From NCBI GenBank assembly GCA_977017645.1, contig OZ360222.1, positions 134,974,001 through 135,038,000 on the forward strand: DNA of 64,000 nucleotides, read 5' to 3'. How positions within the stretch are numbered: the first letter of the stretch is position 1; each line of letters begins with the position of its first letter. The translations under genes and the position numbers were made by a program. Shown piece after piece: positions 25,001 to 36,159 of this stretch. Below the pieces are notes generated by a model. It worked only from the letters and a program-made list of their open reading frames with translations, was not told where the DNA came from and did no database searches. This DNA is from Torpedo marmorata (lineage: Eukaryota).

Positions 25001-27421
25001 GGTTATGGCACATGCCGGATAAATATAAGAGTCCTTCTCTGACTTATAAATGACTGGCTTAGTGGTCATTCACACTGCAAGAACTACTTTACCCTCAGCC
25101 AAGTCATTGCCTAGCAACAGTGAGACTCCTTCTACGGGCAACTCTGATCTCACTCCTATTATAACAGGTCCTTCCACCAAGTCTGAGTCCAATACTATTT
25201 TGTGCAAAGGAATGGACTCAACATTACCCCCAATTCCTTTAATTAAATTCATTTCACCGGTGTCAGTGGCTTCACAAAATTCCAAGACACTATCTAACAC
25301 AAGTGACTGAGCAGCTACAGTATCTCGCAAGATTTTCACTGGAACTTGCTTTGCTCCTGCCTTAACTGAAACAAAACCATCAGTCACAAAAGGTTTAAAT
25401 ACATCCCTAACTTTGTCAGTAAATTTGTCTCCTTCCTGGGTGTTATGCCTCTTCTCACTCTGAATACAAGCATTAGGTGTTGCATCCTTTTCTCTCTTCT
25501 TTTTCAACACTGGACAGCTTGCTATCATATGACCAGCCTTCCTACAGTAGTGGCAAATGGGACCCGAAGGGTTTTCCCTTTTCCACTTTCCTTCATCCCT
25601 TTCCTTAACAGCACTTCCAAATTTACTTTCCACTTGCTTGGGATTATCCACAGTGACCTTTTGGAAAATTCTGCCTGACGTCCACTTAGGCTTGTGAGTT
25701 AAAGCATATTTATCTGCTAACTTAGCTGAATTTTGCCAAGTTTTCACCTCCTTTTCATCCTCAGGAACACACCTTTTTATCTCCTCAATTATTATCAATT
25801 CTCTCAATTGATTGTAATCATTGTTTACCGCCTTAGATGTGCACCACCGGTCAAAACACACAACCTTTTCATAGGCAAACTCTGTGTAAGATTGGATTGC
25901 TGATCTTTTTAAATTTCTAAACTTCTGTCTATAAGCCTCTGGAACTAACTCATAAACCTGGAGTATAGCCTTCTCTACCGTTTCATAATCAGCAGCTTGC
26001 TCCATGGTAAGAGTAGAAAAAGCTTGCTGAGCTTTTCCTTTTATTACACTTTGTAACATAAGAGACCATTGGTCTTGTGGCCTCTTTAATTTCACAGCCA
26101 CCTTCTCAAAATGCTGAAAGTACTTATCTATTTCTGCCTCCTCAAATGGAGGAACCAACCTAACTTCTCTACTGGCCAAAAACCTCTCAACAGGATGACG
26201 AATTTGATCTTGGTGCTCTTCTTGTCTCCTCTCATTTTCCAACTTAATCTTTTCCAGCTCATATTTACTAATGTTCTCCTCTCTCTCTAAATCTAATCTC
26301 TTTTGTTCCCTGGCTACCTCCAAGTCTAATCATTTTTGTTCTTTGGCTGCCTCCAAGTGTAATCTCTTTTGTTCCAATTCCCTGTCTAATTTCTTTTGTT
26401 CCCTGGCTGCCTCCAATTCCAATTTCTTTAGTTCCAATTGTATGTTTTCAGAAGGTTTACCCTTGGGAAACTCCTCTAACACGCTCTCCTCAAACTTTTT
26501 CCATTTTATATAGTATTTGGCAATTTTTCTCCCAGTCCGCCTTTTTCATTGATGGTTTTACAGAAGCAATGCCAAACTCTGTTGCTATAGCCACTAACTG
26601 TTCCTTTTTAGCCTTTTTTAAAGAATCAGGTTCTGGTGATTCCAAAAAATTTTCTACATCCATTGTTGCTGGTTTTTGTTACACACACACTAGCTTTTAA
26701 TTAGCTTTACTAAAGGAATATCTTAAACTCGACTGGGATTCCTTCAATTAGCAAACTGGAGCTTGATTCAATCCTGGACGAGCCCCCAATTTGTTACAAA
26801 CTTAAACCAGCAACAACAGAAGACGCAATGCAAAAGGGGCAAAATTGAAATTTATATTTATTAACGACAATTAAACATATAATTTCACAACAATCAACCC
26901 CACTATAAACGTCTATAAACACTATTCTTATCTAAAGAGATTGTGTGTGTGTGTATAAAGCCCAGACCATTACAGTCTATGCCCAACCCTCAAGAAAAAA
27001 AATAGAAAACCTTCCCCAAAACCCCCAGGTTAGTCATAAAAATAAGTCAGTCCCAAAAATACAGTCCACAAAAATCACTCTCAATGTTCAGGGTTCAAAG
27101 TCAGCTGCGCTGGCACGAAGGACTTCTTAATGAAGGTTGGAGAGAGAGACAATGACTGTTTAAGCTTACGAATGCTTGGCCTGCTTTTCTTCCGATGACT
27201 TTCCCTTTTGGTAGGAGCACGACGGTTGAGTTCCAAATCAGTATACCACTGATTGAGGCGTGTACTTGGATCTCACAGTCTGACTCGCTGATCTCACGCC
27301 TGTTCTCCATGAAAGTTGCTTTACATCAGGATTTTGCTGATACAAGAGGCCATGTGCTATTTTCCCCCCAGTCTTTCATACTGGAATGCATAAGCCTCGT
27401 TTTGGTGTTGTTGCTCTCACC

Positions 27422-28010
27422 CAGTCATTCCAAAAGGGGACGGTGTCGCTCCCTGGGGGCGGTGGAAAAATCCAAGGGGGCAGTGAGGAAAAAGGGGGCG
27501 GTCAGGGGGCGGGGAGGAAAAAGGGGAGAAAAACGTTTCCGGCAAACTTAGCCCGCAACGCTCATCATGCGCTATCTGTCAGGTGAGGAGGGGGTGGGGG
27601 TGACTGCCCAGGATGGTAATGTCCGGGGATGGTGACGGCCGGGACGGTGACTGCCCGGGACGGTGACTGGCCGGGACGGGACCGCTTGGGACGATGACCA
27701 CTCGGGACGGTGTCTGCCGCAGCACAGCAAATAAAAAAGTATAGGCAATATAGGGTGAAAACTGTGAAGACAATGTAGTTACAGGTGAGATGTAAATTTA
27801 CCCTTTCATATTGCTAAATAAATTGGTTTACTATATGTTTTATTTGTGAAATACATACGCCTGTTTATAGTGTTAAATTAGTCGTTGTTTTAAATTTTCA
27901 GTAGACCTGATACCAAGAGGTGTGTGTGTGTGGGGGGGGGAGGGGGGGGAGGCGCTAGGGATGTGGCCTTGGAGCCAAGGAGGCGGCAGCTCGAAAGTTT
28001 GGGAACCCTG
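27422..28010. mobile_element. hAT (Charlie-like) MITE inserted in the 5' LTR
   Basis: Ends CAGTCATTCCAAAA / TTTGGGAACCCTG; imperfect 8-bp duplication CTCTCACC / CTCTAGCC; absent from the partner LTR. Confidence 0.75.
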
Positions 28011-28404
28011 CTCTAGCCTTTTGCAACTCCAAACTGAATGCTTTTTGCACAGGTTTGCACCTGCTTTTGCAAAAGTGCAACAAAGTATCTTTCCACAGCC
28101 TGTCTCTCTCTCTCTATGTGTCTCTCTTTCTGAGCACAGCCAGTGCTGGGCAAGTTAACTCTTTCAGTACCTGGTCCCAGTGTGTACTCAAAATACTTCA
28201 TCCTTTCTGCAGTCCAAATTGTCAGTCATGGTCCATAACAATAAATAAAAAAAAAATTAAAAAAAAAAATATATATATATTTATATATATTTATACACAC
28301 TTGATTACATGCTGATTGGGTTGTTTTTATATATATATAGAAAAACAACCCAATCAATAAGTAATCAAGTAAATATGCGTAAACCACATTACCCACATCA
28401 ACAG

Positions 28405-28848
28405 TCAATAGACAATAGACAATAGGAGCTGGAGTAGGTCCTTCGGCCCGTCGAGCCAGCACCGCCATTTTACAGATCATGGCTGATCACTACTATCAGT
28501 ACCCCTTACCAGCCTTATCCCCATAACCCTTAACTCCTCTGCCCACTAGAGTCTTATCTAACTCTCTTTTGAACATAATCAGTGAATCTGCCTCTACCAT
28601 CCTCTGTGGCAGAGCATTCCACAGATTCACACTTCTCTGGGTAAAAAAATTTTTCCTCATTTCCGTCCTAAAGGGCCTTCCCCGTATTCTTAAACTATGC
28701 CCTCTAGTCCTCGTCTCTCCCATCATTGGGAACAAGTAATCTGACTTCACCCTGTCTATCCCCTTGATAATTTTGTACACCTCAATCACGTCCCCCCTCA
28801 TCCTTCTAAACTCCATCGGATATAAGTCCAGTTTTTCTAACCTATCAG
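28405..28848 (-). mobile_element. CR1-like LINE 3' fragment
   Basis: RMRGDVIEVYKI..TRGHSLRI..FFTQRSVNLWNALP; short repeat tail (ATTGTCT). Confidence 0.85.
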
Positions 28849-29417
28849 TCCCAAAAGATGCCGTATATACGCATGCAATAGTTGAATTTTGTGGACCAAT
28901 TATTAGGGTAAATTTTCAGGGGTCACCTATTACATGCATACTACTCTTGACCTCGGTAAGTACCTGTGTCATTCAAGGCATCGGGAACTCGGATGGGCGA
29001 GCGGCAGGAGCCGAGGCGAGAGTCCTCGGTCGGAGCGTCGGGAGCTCAAATGGGTGGGCAGCCGGGGCCAAAAATAGTTTTGGAGGGGGGGGGTTGACCT
29101 TTAAATGTTATCGACTATTACACTACACAATTACAACGATTCCTTGCCTCGCATCAAGTAGCCCAGTTGCCAAACACTCCTAACAGCCTCACTCGCCAGC
29201 TCCTCCTGCCTTTCAGCTCTCCCTAGAACATGTATTTCACATACACCATACATTAACTCCTCCCCAGAACCATCATTTAACCTCTCCACCACTGCACACT
29301 TTTACCAAGTAAACTGTTCTCCACTGGCCAATTGCATTTATCCCATTAAACACTCTATAACCTCAATTTATTCTATTAATAACCTTCTCTATTTATTCTA
29401 TTAATAAAATCAGATTA

Positions 29418-30415
29418 TTGACACCTGGCACGGCACCTGGCACGACACCTGGCACGGCACCTGGCACGGCACCTGGCACGGCACCTGGCACGGCACCTGG
29501 CACGGCACCAGGCACGGCACCAGGCACGACACCTGGCACGACACCAGGCACGACACCAGGCACGACACCAGGCACGACACCAGGCACGGCACCAGGCACG
29601 GCACCTGGCACGGCACCTGGCACGGCACCTGGCACGGCACCTGGCACGGCACCTGGCAAGGCACCTGGCAAGGCACCAGGCACGGCACCTGGCACGGCAC
29701 CTGGCACGGCACCTGGCAAGGCACCAGGCACGACACCTGGCACGACACCAGGCACGACACCTGGCACGGCACCTGGCACGGCACCTGGCACGGCACCAGG
29801 CACGGCACCTGGCAAGGCACCAGGCACGGCACCTGGCACGGCACCAGGCACGACACCAGGCACGACACCAGGCACGACACCAGGCACGACACCAGGCACG
29901 ACACCAGGCACGGCACCTGGCACGACACCAGGCACGACACTAACCGTGACACTAGCTGTGACACCAGGCACGACACCTGGCACGACACCAGGCACGGCAC
30001 CTGGCACGGCACCTGGCACGGCACCTGGCACGGCACCTGGCACGACACCTGGCACGACACCTGGCACGACACCTGGCAAGGCACCTGGCACGGCACCTGG
30101 CACGGCACCAGGCACGGCACCTGGCACGACACCAGGCACGACACCTGGCACGGCACCAGGCACGGCACCTGGCACGGCACCAGGCACGACACCAGGCACG
30201 ACACCTGGCACGGCACCTGGCACGGCACCTGGCACGGCACCTGGCACGGCACCTGGCACGGCACCTGGCACGGCACCTGGCACGGCACCTGGCACGGCAC
30301 CTGGCACGGCACCAACCATGACACCAGGCACGACACCAGGCACGACACCAGGCACGACACCAACCATGACACCAACCATGACACTAGCTGTGACACTAGC
30401 TGTGACACCAGGCAT
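29418..30415. repeat. 12-bp minisatellite (RCACCWGGCACG), about 83 units, in APMAP intron 1
   Basis: Uninterrupted 12-bp register with variant units (ACACTAGCTGTG, ACACCAACCATG). Confidence 0.97.
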
Positions 30416-30679
30416 ACATTGTTGCTAAAAACTCACCAATCCCCCTGGCCAACAGTTGCACCATTCTTCTAACCCTAATAACCCCTCGTGTATTCGTTAT
30501 TTAATTGCATTAACCCCTCCTCTCGCACCGAGCTCACCAAATCTCCCCTCTAGCATCCACCACTGCATTTACCCGACGATCTAAATGTAATCAGACCAAA
30601 ATCCAACTGATCGTCAGTCAGGGTATCTTGAATAATCTTCCCGTAATCTCAATCATCAACCCAACTCTAAAATAATCGC

Positions 30680-30920
30680 CACGCAGCCACTACCTGACGT
30701 GCTTGGTCTCCGCATCCCGCGACTCGTCCGAGATAACCCGCGGTTGCTGAAGCCGACGGTGCCGCAAACCTTCACTCTCCTTCATCGTCCACCCGCACGC
30801 ATGCGCCAAAAGCACGAGCCCGCGACCAACGGACGAAATCCGAAACCGACCTGACTCGCGCCCGGCGAAATACGTCAGGGGGCGCGCATGCGCATGTTAA
30901 GCCATGTCTCCGGACAGGCG
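30680..30920 (-). promoter_or_regulatory. CpG-island promoter and 5' UTR of APMAP with NRF1-like sites
   Basis: CpG-dense; GCGCATGCGC at 30884-30893, ACGCATGCGC at 30797-30806, CRE-like TGACGTA (minus) at 30871-30877; no obvious TATA box. Confidence 0.7.
30694..30785 (-). CDS. APMAP: APMAP (adipocyte plasma membrane-associated protein) coding exon 1
   Basis: ATG at 30785 reads MKESEGLRHRRLQQPRVISDESRDAETKHV(S), resembling the vertebrate APMAP N-terminus (MSEADGLRQRR..PQV); ends AG|gtagtg; 92 bp, phase 2; lies in a CpG island. Confidence 0.92.
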
Positions 30921-31119
30921 GAATTAACTGTCCAGTTTATCGGTTCCTGGTATTTCGAGCAGTTCAATTGAATGTTTATCTGTAACTGACCAATTGTTGG
31001 GAGTTACCCTGTGATTCTGTTATTTACCCTGTTATTCATTGATCTATTGGCAGGAGGTTACTTGTCAGTTTATATTACATACCTATTGATCAGAATTTAA
31101 CCATTATTTTACCATAGAA

Positions 31120-31354
31120 CATTAGATTTCAGGTTTATTGTCAGTAAATACATGACATCACAATCACAAGCAACCCTGAGGTTCTTTTTCCTGCGGGCCA
31201 GGCAGAATTACCACATATTGACAGTGCAAAAAAAACCTGAACACAATGTACACGTGTAAATAAATTAAGAAATGTAAACAAACTGACTGTGCAATACAGA
31301 GAGGAAAAAACAATCAATAAAGTGCAAAAGTAAGTCCTTAAATGAGTCCCTGAT
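31120..31354 (-). mobile_element. Rex1/Babar LINE 3' end, host of the ERV and hAT insertions (continues 36672-36834 and 40013-40300)
   Basis: GAGTCCCTGAT|...|CTGATTGAGTTTG reconstitutes the sequence seen at window positions 15-35. Confidence 0.85.
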
Positions 31355-31866
31355 TGTCGGAAATGAAGACTCTCGACAATCGGTTCTCTTTAAAATCAGC
31401 ACAGCACGGTGAAGCTTTATTTATCAAGTCTGCAGAGTTGGACCCAGCCGGCTATCGCCAGGCTGTGTGCTTTTTCACAGCTGCAATAGTCATTTATACA
31501 TTCTTAGTTCATCACACCCCCTTCATTATTTCATCACGCCCCCCTTCGTTATGATTGGATAAGCTTAGATAAGCTTTTTTTTGTACTGCTCTGCTTAACA
31601 ATCTATTATCCTGACATACACTTCTAAAAGGTATTTCCCTCCCTGGCCCCTTTCATGCCTTATCTAGTGGTTAATCTCCTCCCTGGCCCCCTTTCATGCC
31701 TTTTACACAAAACAGATGTTGATAACATGTTGTTTCAAACAGACTAAAGATTCTTTGAATTCTTTAACCATTTGTCTCATTTCACTTTTCCAGTCTTGCC
31801 TATTTTTAATAGATATTTAATCTCATGTTTAACATTGCAACATTCAACAATTCTTACTATCTCACA
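31355..31866 (-). promoter_or_regulatory. ERV 3' LTR
   Basis: Minus-strand order CCAAT (~31558), TATAAA (~31498), AATAAA (~31421); TG...CA ends. Confidence 0.85.
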
Positions 31867-31907
31867 ATCCCCCATTTCTTTCTTTGCAATGTTAAAGGAA
31901 TATCCTA

Positions 31908-32130
31908 TTAATACATGGGATGTACTTCCCAGGGTGGAGTGTGCAGTTCAGCGTTTCTTTGTAGCATAAGTCGCACAGGGTCTGCTGGCCCTCCCGGCCC
32001 CATAGTTTGCTTAACAAGATTAGTTATAAGGGAACGAATACATGGCAGAACACAGGGTATGAAGAGAAGCAGGAGAAGAATAATACCAATAAAAGCCAGG
32101 AGTGAGACACAAATTCTCCAGGGGTTATTC
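31908..32130 (-). pseudogene. ERV env transmembrane anchor and cytoplasmic tail remnant
   Basis: Hydrophobic ICVSLLAFIGIILLLLLFIPCVLPCIRSLI just upstream of PPT/3' LTR; SU and ectodomain missing. Confidence 0.75.
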
Positions 32131-32317
32131 TCACTTCCGACCCCACTCTTTGGATTACCGCAGGCTAACACAACTTGCAGTCACGCAAGAAGAGAGGGGA
32201 AGGGGTGCCTGGTTCTCCCTTTCCTACAGCTCCCTTCCTATGGATAACCGCTAGATCTCTCATCCCTACCAGATTACAGATTACCATAAACATCCAAACA
32301 TTCATTTTTACAATCTT

Positions 32318-33880
32318 TTAACTCTTTTTAAATCGCAGTTTCAATGGATTGTCCGTTGCAGAACAGGTCCAATCAATGTTATCTTCGGTCTGAGGGGGAA
32401 CTGGTCCCTTTAAACGTGAGGCGTGGGTCCAACCCTTTTCTCGTGTTCGTTCTGCCTCTTCAGTCATCAGAAGGACCTGAAAAGGTCCCTCCCAAGCTGG
32501 TCGGAGGCACTCTGTTCGCCACGACTTTATCAATACCCACTCTCCTGGTTGAATGGAGTACAGGGCGAAATCTAAAGGCGGAGTCTGGGCCAAAAGACCC
32601 CGAGTACGTAGATCTGAAAGAGAACGTGAAAGTGCCTGTAAATAGTCCCTAACCAAGACATCCCCATCCTGTATTACTGGGCACTCCGGGGGACGTCCCC
32701 AAAAAGGCACCCCAAACAACATCTCGAATGGTGACACCCCATATCTTTGCGCAGCGCGGTGCGAATACGCATTAGGGCCAAGGGTAAACATTTTGTCCAA
32801 GGCATTTTTGTTTCCTCTATCAGCTTTGTCAATTGAGCCTTCAGGGTTGCATTCATTCGTTCTACTTTTCCCGAACTTTGGGGATGCCAGGGGGTATGTA
32901 ATTTCCAGGTGATCTGTAAAGTCTGGCATACCATTTCATGCACCCGTGAAGCAAAATGAGTGCCCCGATCTGAATCTATCGAGTCCATCACCCCATAACG
33001 TGGTATCAAGTGTTCTAACAGGATCTTACCTACCGTAGAAGCTCGTTCATTGGCCGTCGGGTAAGCCTCTACCCACCGAGTGAAATGATCCACGATAACG
33101 AGTAAATATTTCCACCTCTGCACGCGAGGCAATTCAGTAAAGTCTATCTGAATTCGCTGAAAGGCCTAATTGCAAGAGGGTTTCCTCCTTTCAGCGGAGT
33201 CCGCATTACTTTCTTGTTTATCCGGGCACATATAGCACAGGCCCGTACCTCCTTTTGGGCCAGGGTATACAATCCTTTGCATCCATACTGGCGAAGAAAT
33301 GTATCACATAATGCCTGCGTTCCCCAATGTCCTTGTTGATGTAAATGCCGTACCAACTTACGAGCAGTCTCTTTATTTAATAATGTCTTCCCATCAGGCA
33401 ATTTTCACTCACCACTCTGCAATTTTACCGCTCCTTCACCTCCTCCTGCTCACTTCCCGAGAGAAAGAGGTCATCCACATACTGCAACAGTTGTATCTGA
33501 TCAAGTCGCTCATACTCCTCCAACACCTGTTCCAAAATTTGTCCGAACAAGTTAGGTGATTCTGTGAACCCCTGTGGTAACACCGTCCACCGATATTGCC
33601 GCTTTCGACCCGTATATGGGTTTTCCCATTCAAAGGCAAACATGTCTCGAGAATTCTGGTCCAACGGGCACGACCAGAAGGCATCTTTTAAATCTATTAC
33701 ACTAAACCATCCATGGTCTGGGGGAATCTGGCTCATAATAGTATAGAGATTTGGAACAACCGGGTGTCGGGCAAGGACTACTGCATTCAGACGACGCAAG
33801 TCCTGCACCAACCGGTATGTGCCATCCGGCTTCCTTACGGTTAAAACCGGGGTGTTGTATGAGGACATACATTCTTCCAG
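32318..33880 (-). pseudogene. ERV pol remnants (partial RT fused to frameshifted integrase)
   Basis: RT motifs 33430-33880; integrase H..H/C..C, D,D-E and GPF in three frames; no protease or RNase H seen. Confidence 0.88.
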
Positions 33881-34749
33881 CCTCCTCTTACACCTGTTCC
33901 CTCCGTAAATGGGCAAGGGCCATAATGTCCGGTGCAGTTCTCCCTTACGCACCCATCCTCTTGGCGGCCCCCTCTTTGTGCCTCATCCTTTCTGGATTTC
34001 TCGTTAACCTGTCGGATCGTCTGTACCATAATTCTAGCCGCACGCTTCTGACCTTCCTCTTCCCTCTGCACATACACTTTTTGTGCCTTCTTCAGGAGTT
34101 CACTTAGGGGCATTTCATTCCAGTTCTCTTCCTTTTCCAGCTTCCTCCTAATATCTTGCCACGATTTTGACACAAATTCAATCCGGGTGAATTGTTCACC
34201 CATCGGAGCATTAGGATCAACCCCGGCATACTGCTGGACGTTCTTCCTTATTCTCTCTAGAAAATCGGTCGGGGATTCATCCTTCCCTTGGTAATTCCCA
34301 AATGCCTTGGCAAAATTATGCCCCTTCGGCACCGCTTCCCTTATTCCTTTAATGACTCTCTCTCTATGGAGTCTCATCCTTCTTAATCCTGCATCCGTTC
34401 TCTTATCCCAATTTGGGTCGACTAGGGGATATTTCTGATCGGGATGTTCATTGTTCCCAGGTTCCTCCCGCTCCCAAACTGCCAGGGCAGCCTGTCGGAT
34501 CATTTGCCTCTCTTGAGGCGAGCAGAGGGTCACCATTATGGCCTGTAATTCATCCCAGGTATAAACATTTGGACCCAGAAACTGGTCTAACTGCTCGGCC
34601 AATCTCAAAGGATCTTCAAGCAAACTTTTCATCTCCTTCTTAAACTCCCGCACTTCAGTGCTAGTGAGGGGAACATTAACAAATCCTGTCCCCCCTTCCG
34701 GTCCCCCCATTGGGACCTCCCTCAGGGGATCAATTTCATTCTCTCCCAT
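33841..34749 (-). pseudogene. ERV gag capsid frame
   Basis: PLREVPMGG...FVNVPLTSTEVREFKKEM...QGKDESPTDFLERIRK; runs out of frame into the RT remnant. Confidence 0.85.
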
Positions 34750-34750
34750 T

Positions 34751-35312
34751 TTCTCATCAATAGACCATCTTTCAAATAGTAACCAACTGGCACTTTCTTA
34801 ATGTTCTCATCAGATAGTACTTTTTCTCTAACTTCAGCAAGATCAATTTCTTTATTTTGTTTCTCTATTAACTTTGCTCTGGATAAAGACAAATCCTCTT
34901 TCAGCTGCTGTTCACTGTTACTACTTTCAAGCTTAATACGAGAACTCTGTTGTAACAAAGAAACATTCAAATTGACCAATGTTTTTTCCTGTGTCTCTGA
35001 TTCTGTCTGTGCCTGTGGTTTAATTTTGCATGCTTGTGAGTCTTTTAAATCAGTCTGTCCAGTATTTTCTTCACTGGCAAAGTTTTTAGACAATGCTTTT
35101 AAATCAGTTTGCTCAGCCTTTTCTTTGCTGGCTACAATTCCCCATTCAGCTTCAAACTTAATTGGGTACTTTATTGCAGGGACAACCTTACCTCCTGACA
35201 CAAAAGGTTTACATTCCTTCCTAATTTTACCAACAATCCCCTGTTTTCCATCTCCTTGAATACAAGCATCTCACACTGTTTTCTGTTCTCTATTTCTCTT
35301 CAAGAAAAAACA
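34751..35312 (-). other. Gmr1-like gag/pol fragment captured inside ERV gag
   Basis: DACIQ..KPFV|SGGKVV...LSLSRAKLIEKQ..DLAEVREKVLS..IKKVPVGYYLKDGLLMRKW matches the element at ~24700-25500; flanked by ATTCTCTCCCATT repeats. Confidence 0.88.
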
Positions 35313-36138
35313 ATTCTCTCCCATTACCCCCCTTCCCTCCTCCCGTCCATAGTGCCGCAGTCCCTCTACTGGCTCCCCCTCTTGTTCCGAACTCCCTGGG
35401 GATGCCGTTGGAGCCTGAGGCACATAGGGAGGGGGTAAATTATCTAACAGGTTCCACTTCTTTTCTCCCATCATCCCAAGCTTAAAACTTTTTGCTGTTG
35501 AGCCTACCCCCGGGACCCAACAGAGGGCATAGGCCGATTCCTCCTGATTCACTTTAGGTCTCTTATTCACAAATACATTCAGAGCCTGCCATCTGACCCG
35601 TACTTCGGCCACCAGACCGAATCCCCCCGTAATGAAGGAACCTTGGGAGAAGGATCCTCCCCTGGTTTCCTCATTTGTTTATTCCCCATTTTCTCAGGGT
35701 TGGTGTAGAAACCCCATCACCCCTCTGAACTTGGCTCGACCTCCCCCTTTTCCCGCCGCCCCGGCCAAACCTCAGGGTTCAATTCCCCGGTATCCCGTCT
35801 GGCCGGGTTTCGGCTATTGGGAGTCGTCCTTTCAGGATTCCGGTGTCCGGGCTTCTAGACCCCCCTTTCTTTCAATCTCGTATCTATTTTCTCTCCAGGG
35901 GTTTTACCGGTTATTACTTAACCTTCCCCTTTTCCCGGACCTCTAGCACCGTTCCATAAGTCGTCACTTACCGGTGTCTCCTAGAGCATCCCTCCCCGCT
36001 TCCAACCGTGCTGTTCAGTCCGGATATCACTCGCTCAAGCCGCGTTTGGCGACGAACAAGGATCTCGGGGACCACTGAACTCAGCGGGGTGCACCGTCTC
36101 CGATCCCTTCTTCGTCTCCCCCCACGGCCGGAGTGTGA

Positions 36139-36156
36139 ATCCCGGACGAGCCCCCA
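36139..36156 (-). other. Primer-binding site complementary to tRNA-Pro
   Basis: TGGGGGCTCGTCCGGGAT, the canonical MLV-type Pro PBS. Confidence 0.93.
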
Positions 36157-36159
36157 CGT

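Larger units (their letters stand above)
21909..28240 (-). mobile_element. Gmr1-like Gypsy LTR retrotransposon (gag-PR-IN-[RT largely deleted]-RH)
   Basis: LTRs 21909-22735 and 26792-28240 (TG..CA); PBS TGGGGGCTCGTCCAGGAT at 26788-26771; PPT ~22736-22750; gag from ATG 26663 with CHYCRKAGHMIASC; LRDTVA protease; integrase (H..H, C..C, QSDQGSNF, QSQGALE-like) upstream of RT end/RNase H (AVDAS, YSTIEKE, TDHNPL). Confidence 0.92.

Noticed and set aside
29393-30428. Three ~335-aa ORFs (PGAV, SCLV/PCQV, PGTA repeats) resembling elastin-, keratin-associated- or mucin-like proteins
   Set aside because: Product of a stop-free 12-bp minisatellite open on both strands inside an intron; no splice or non-repeat coding context
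34722-35201. Novel ERV accessory gene (159 aa)
   Set aside because: It is the captured Gmr1 PR-IN linker fragment, starts at a non-ATG codon and is out of frame with the capsid; reported as a chimera instead
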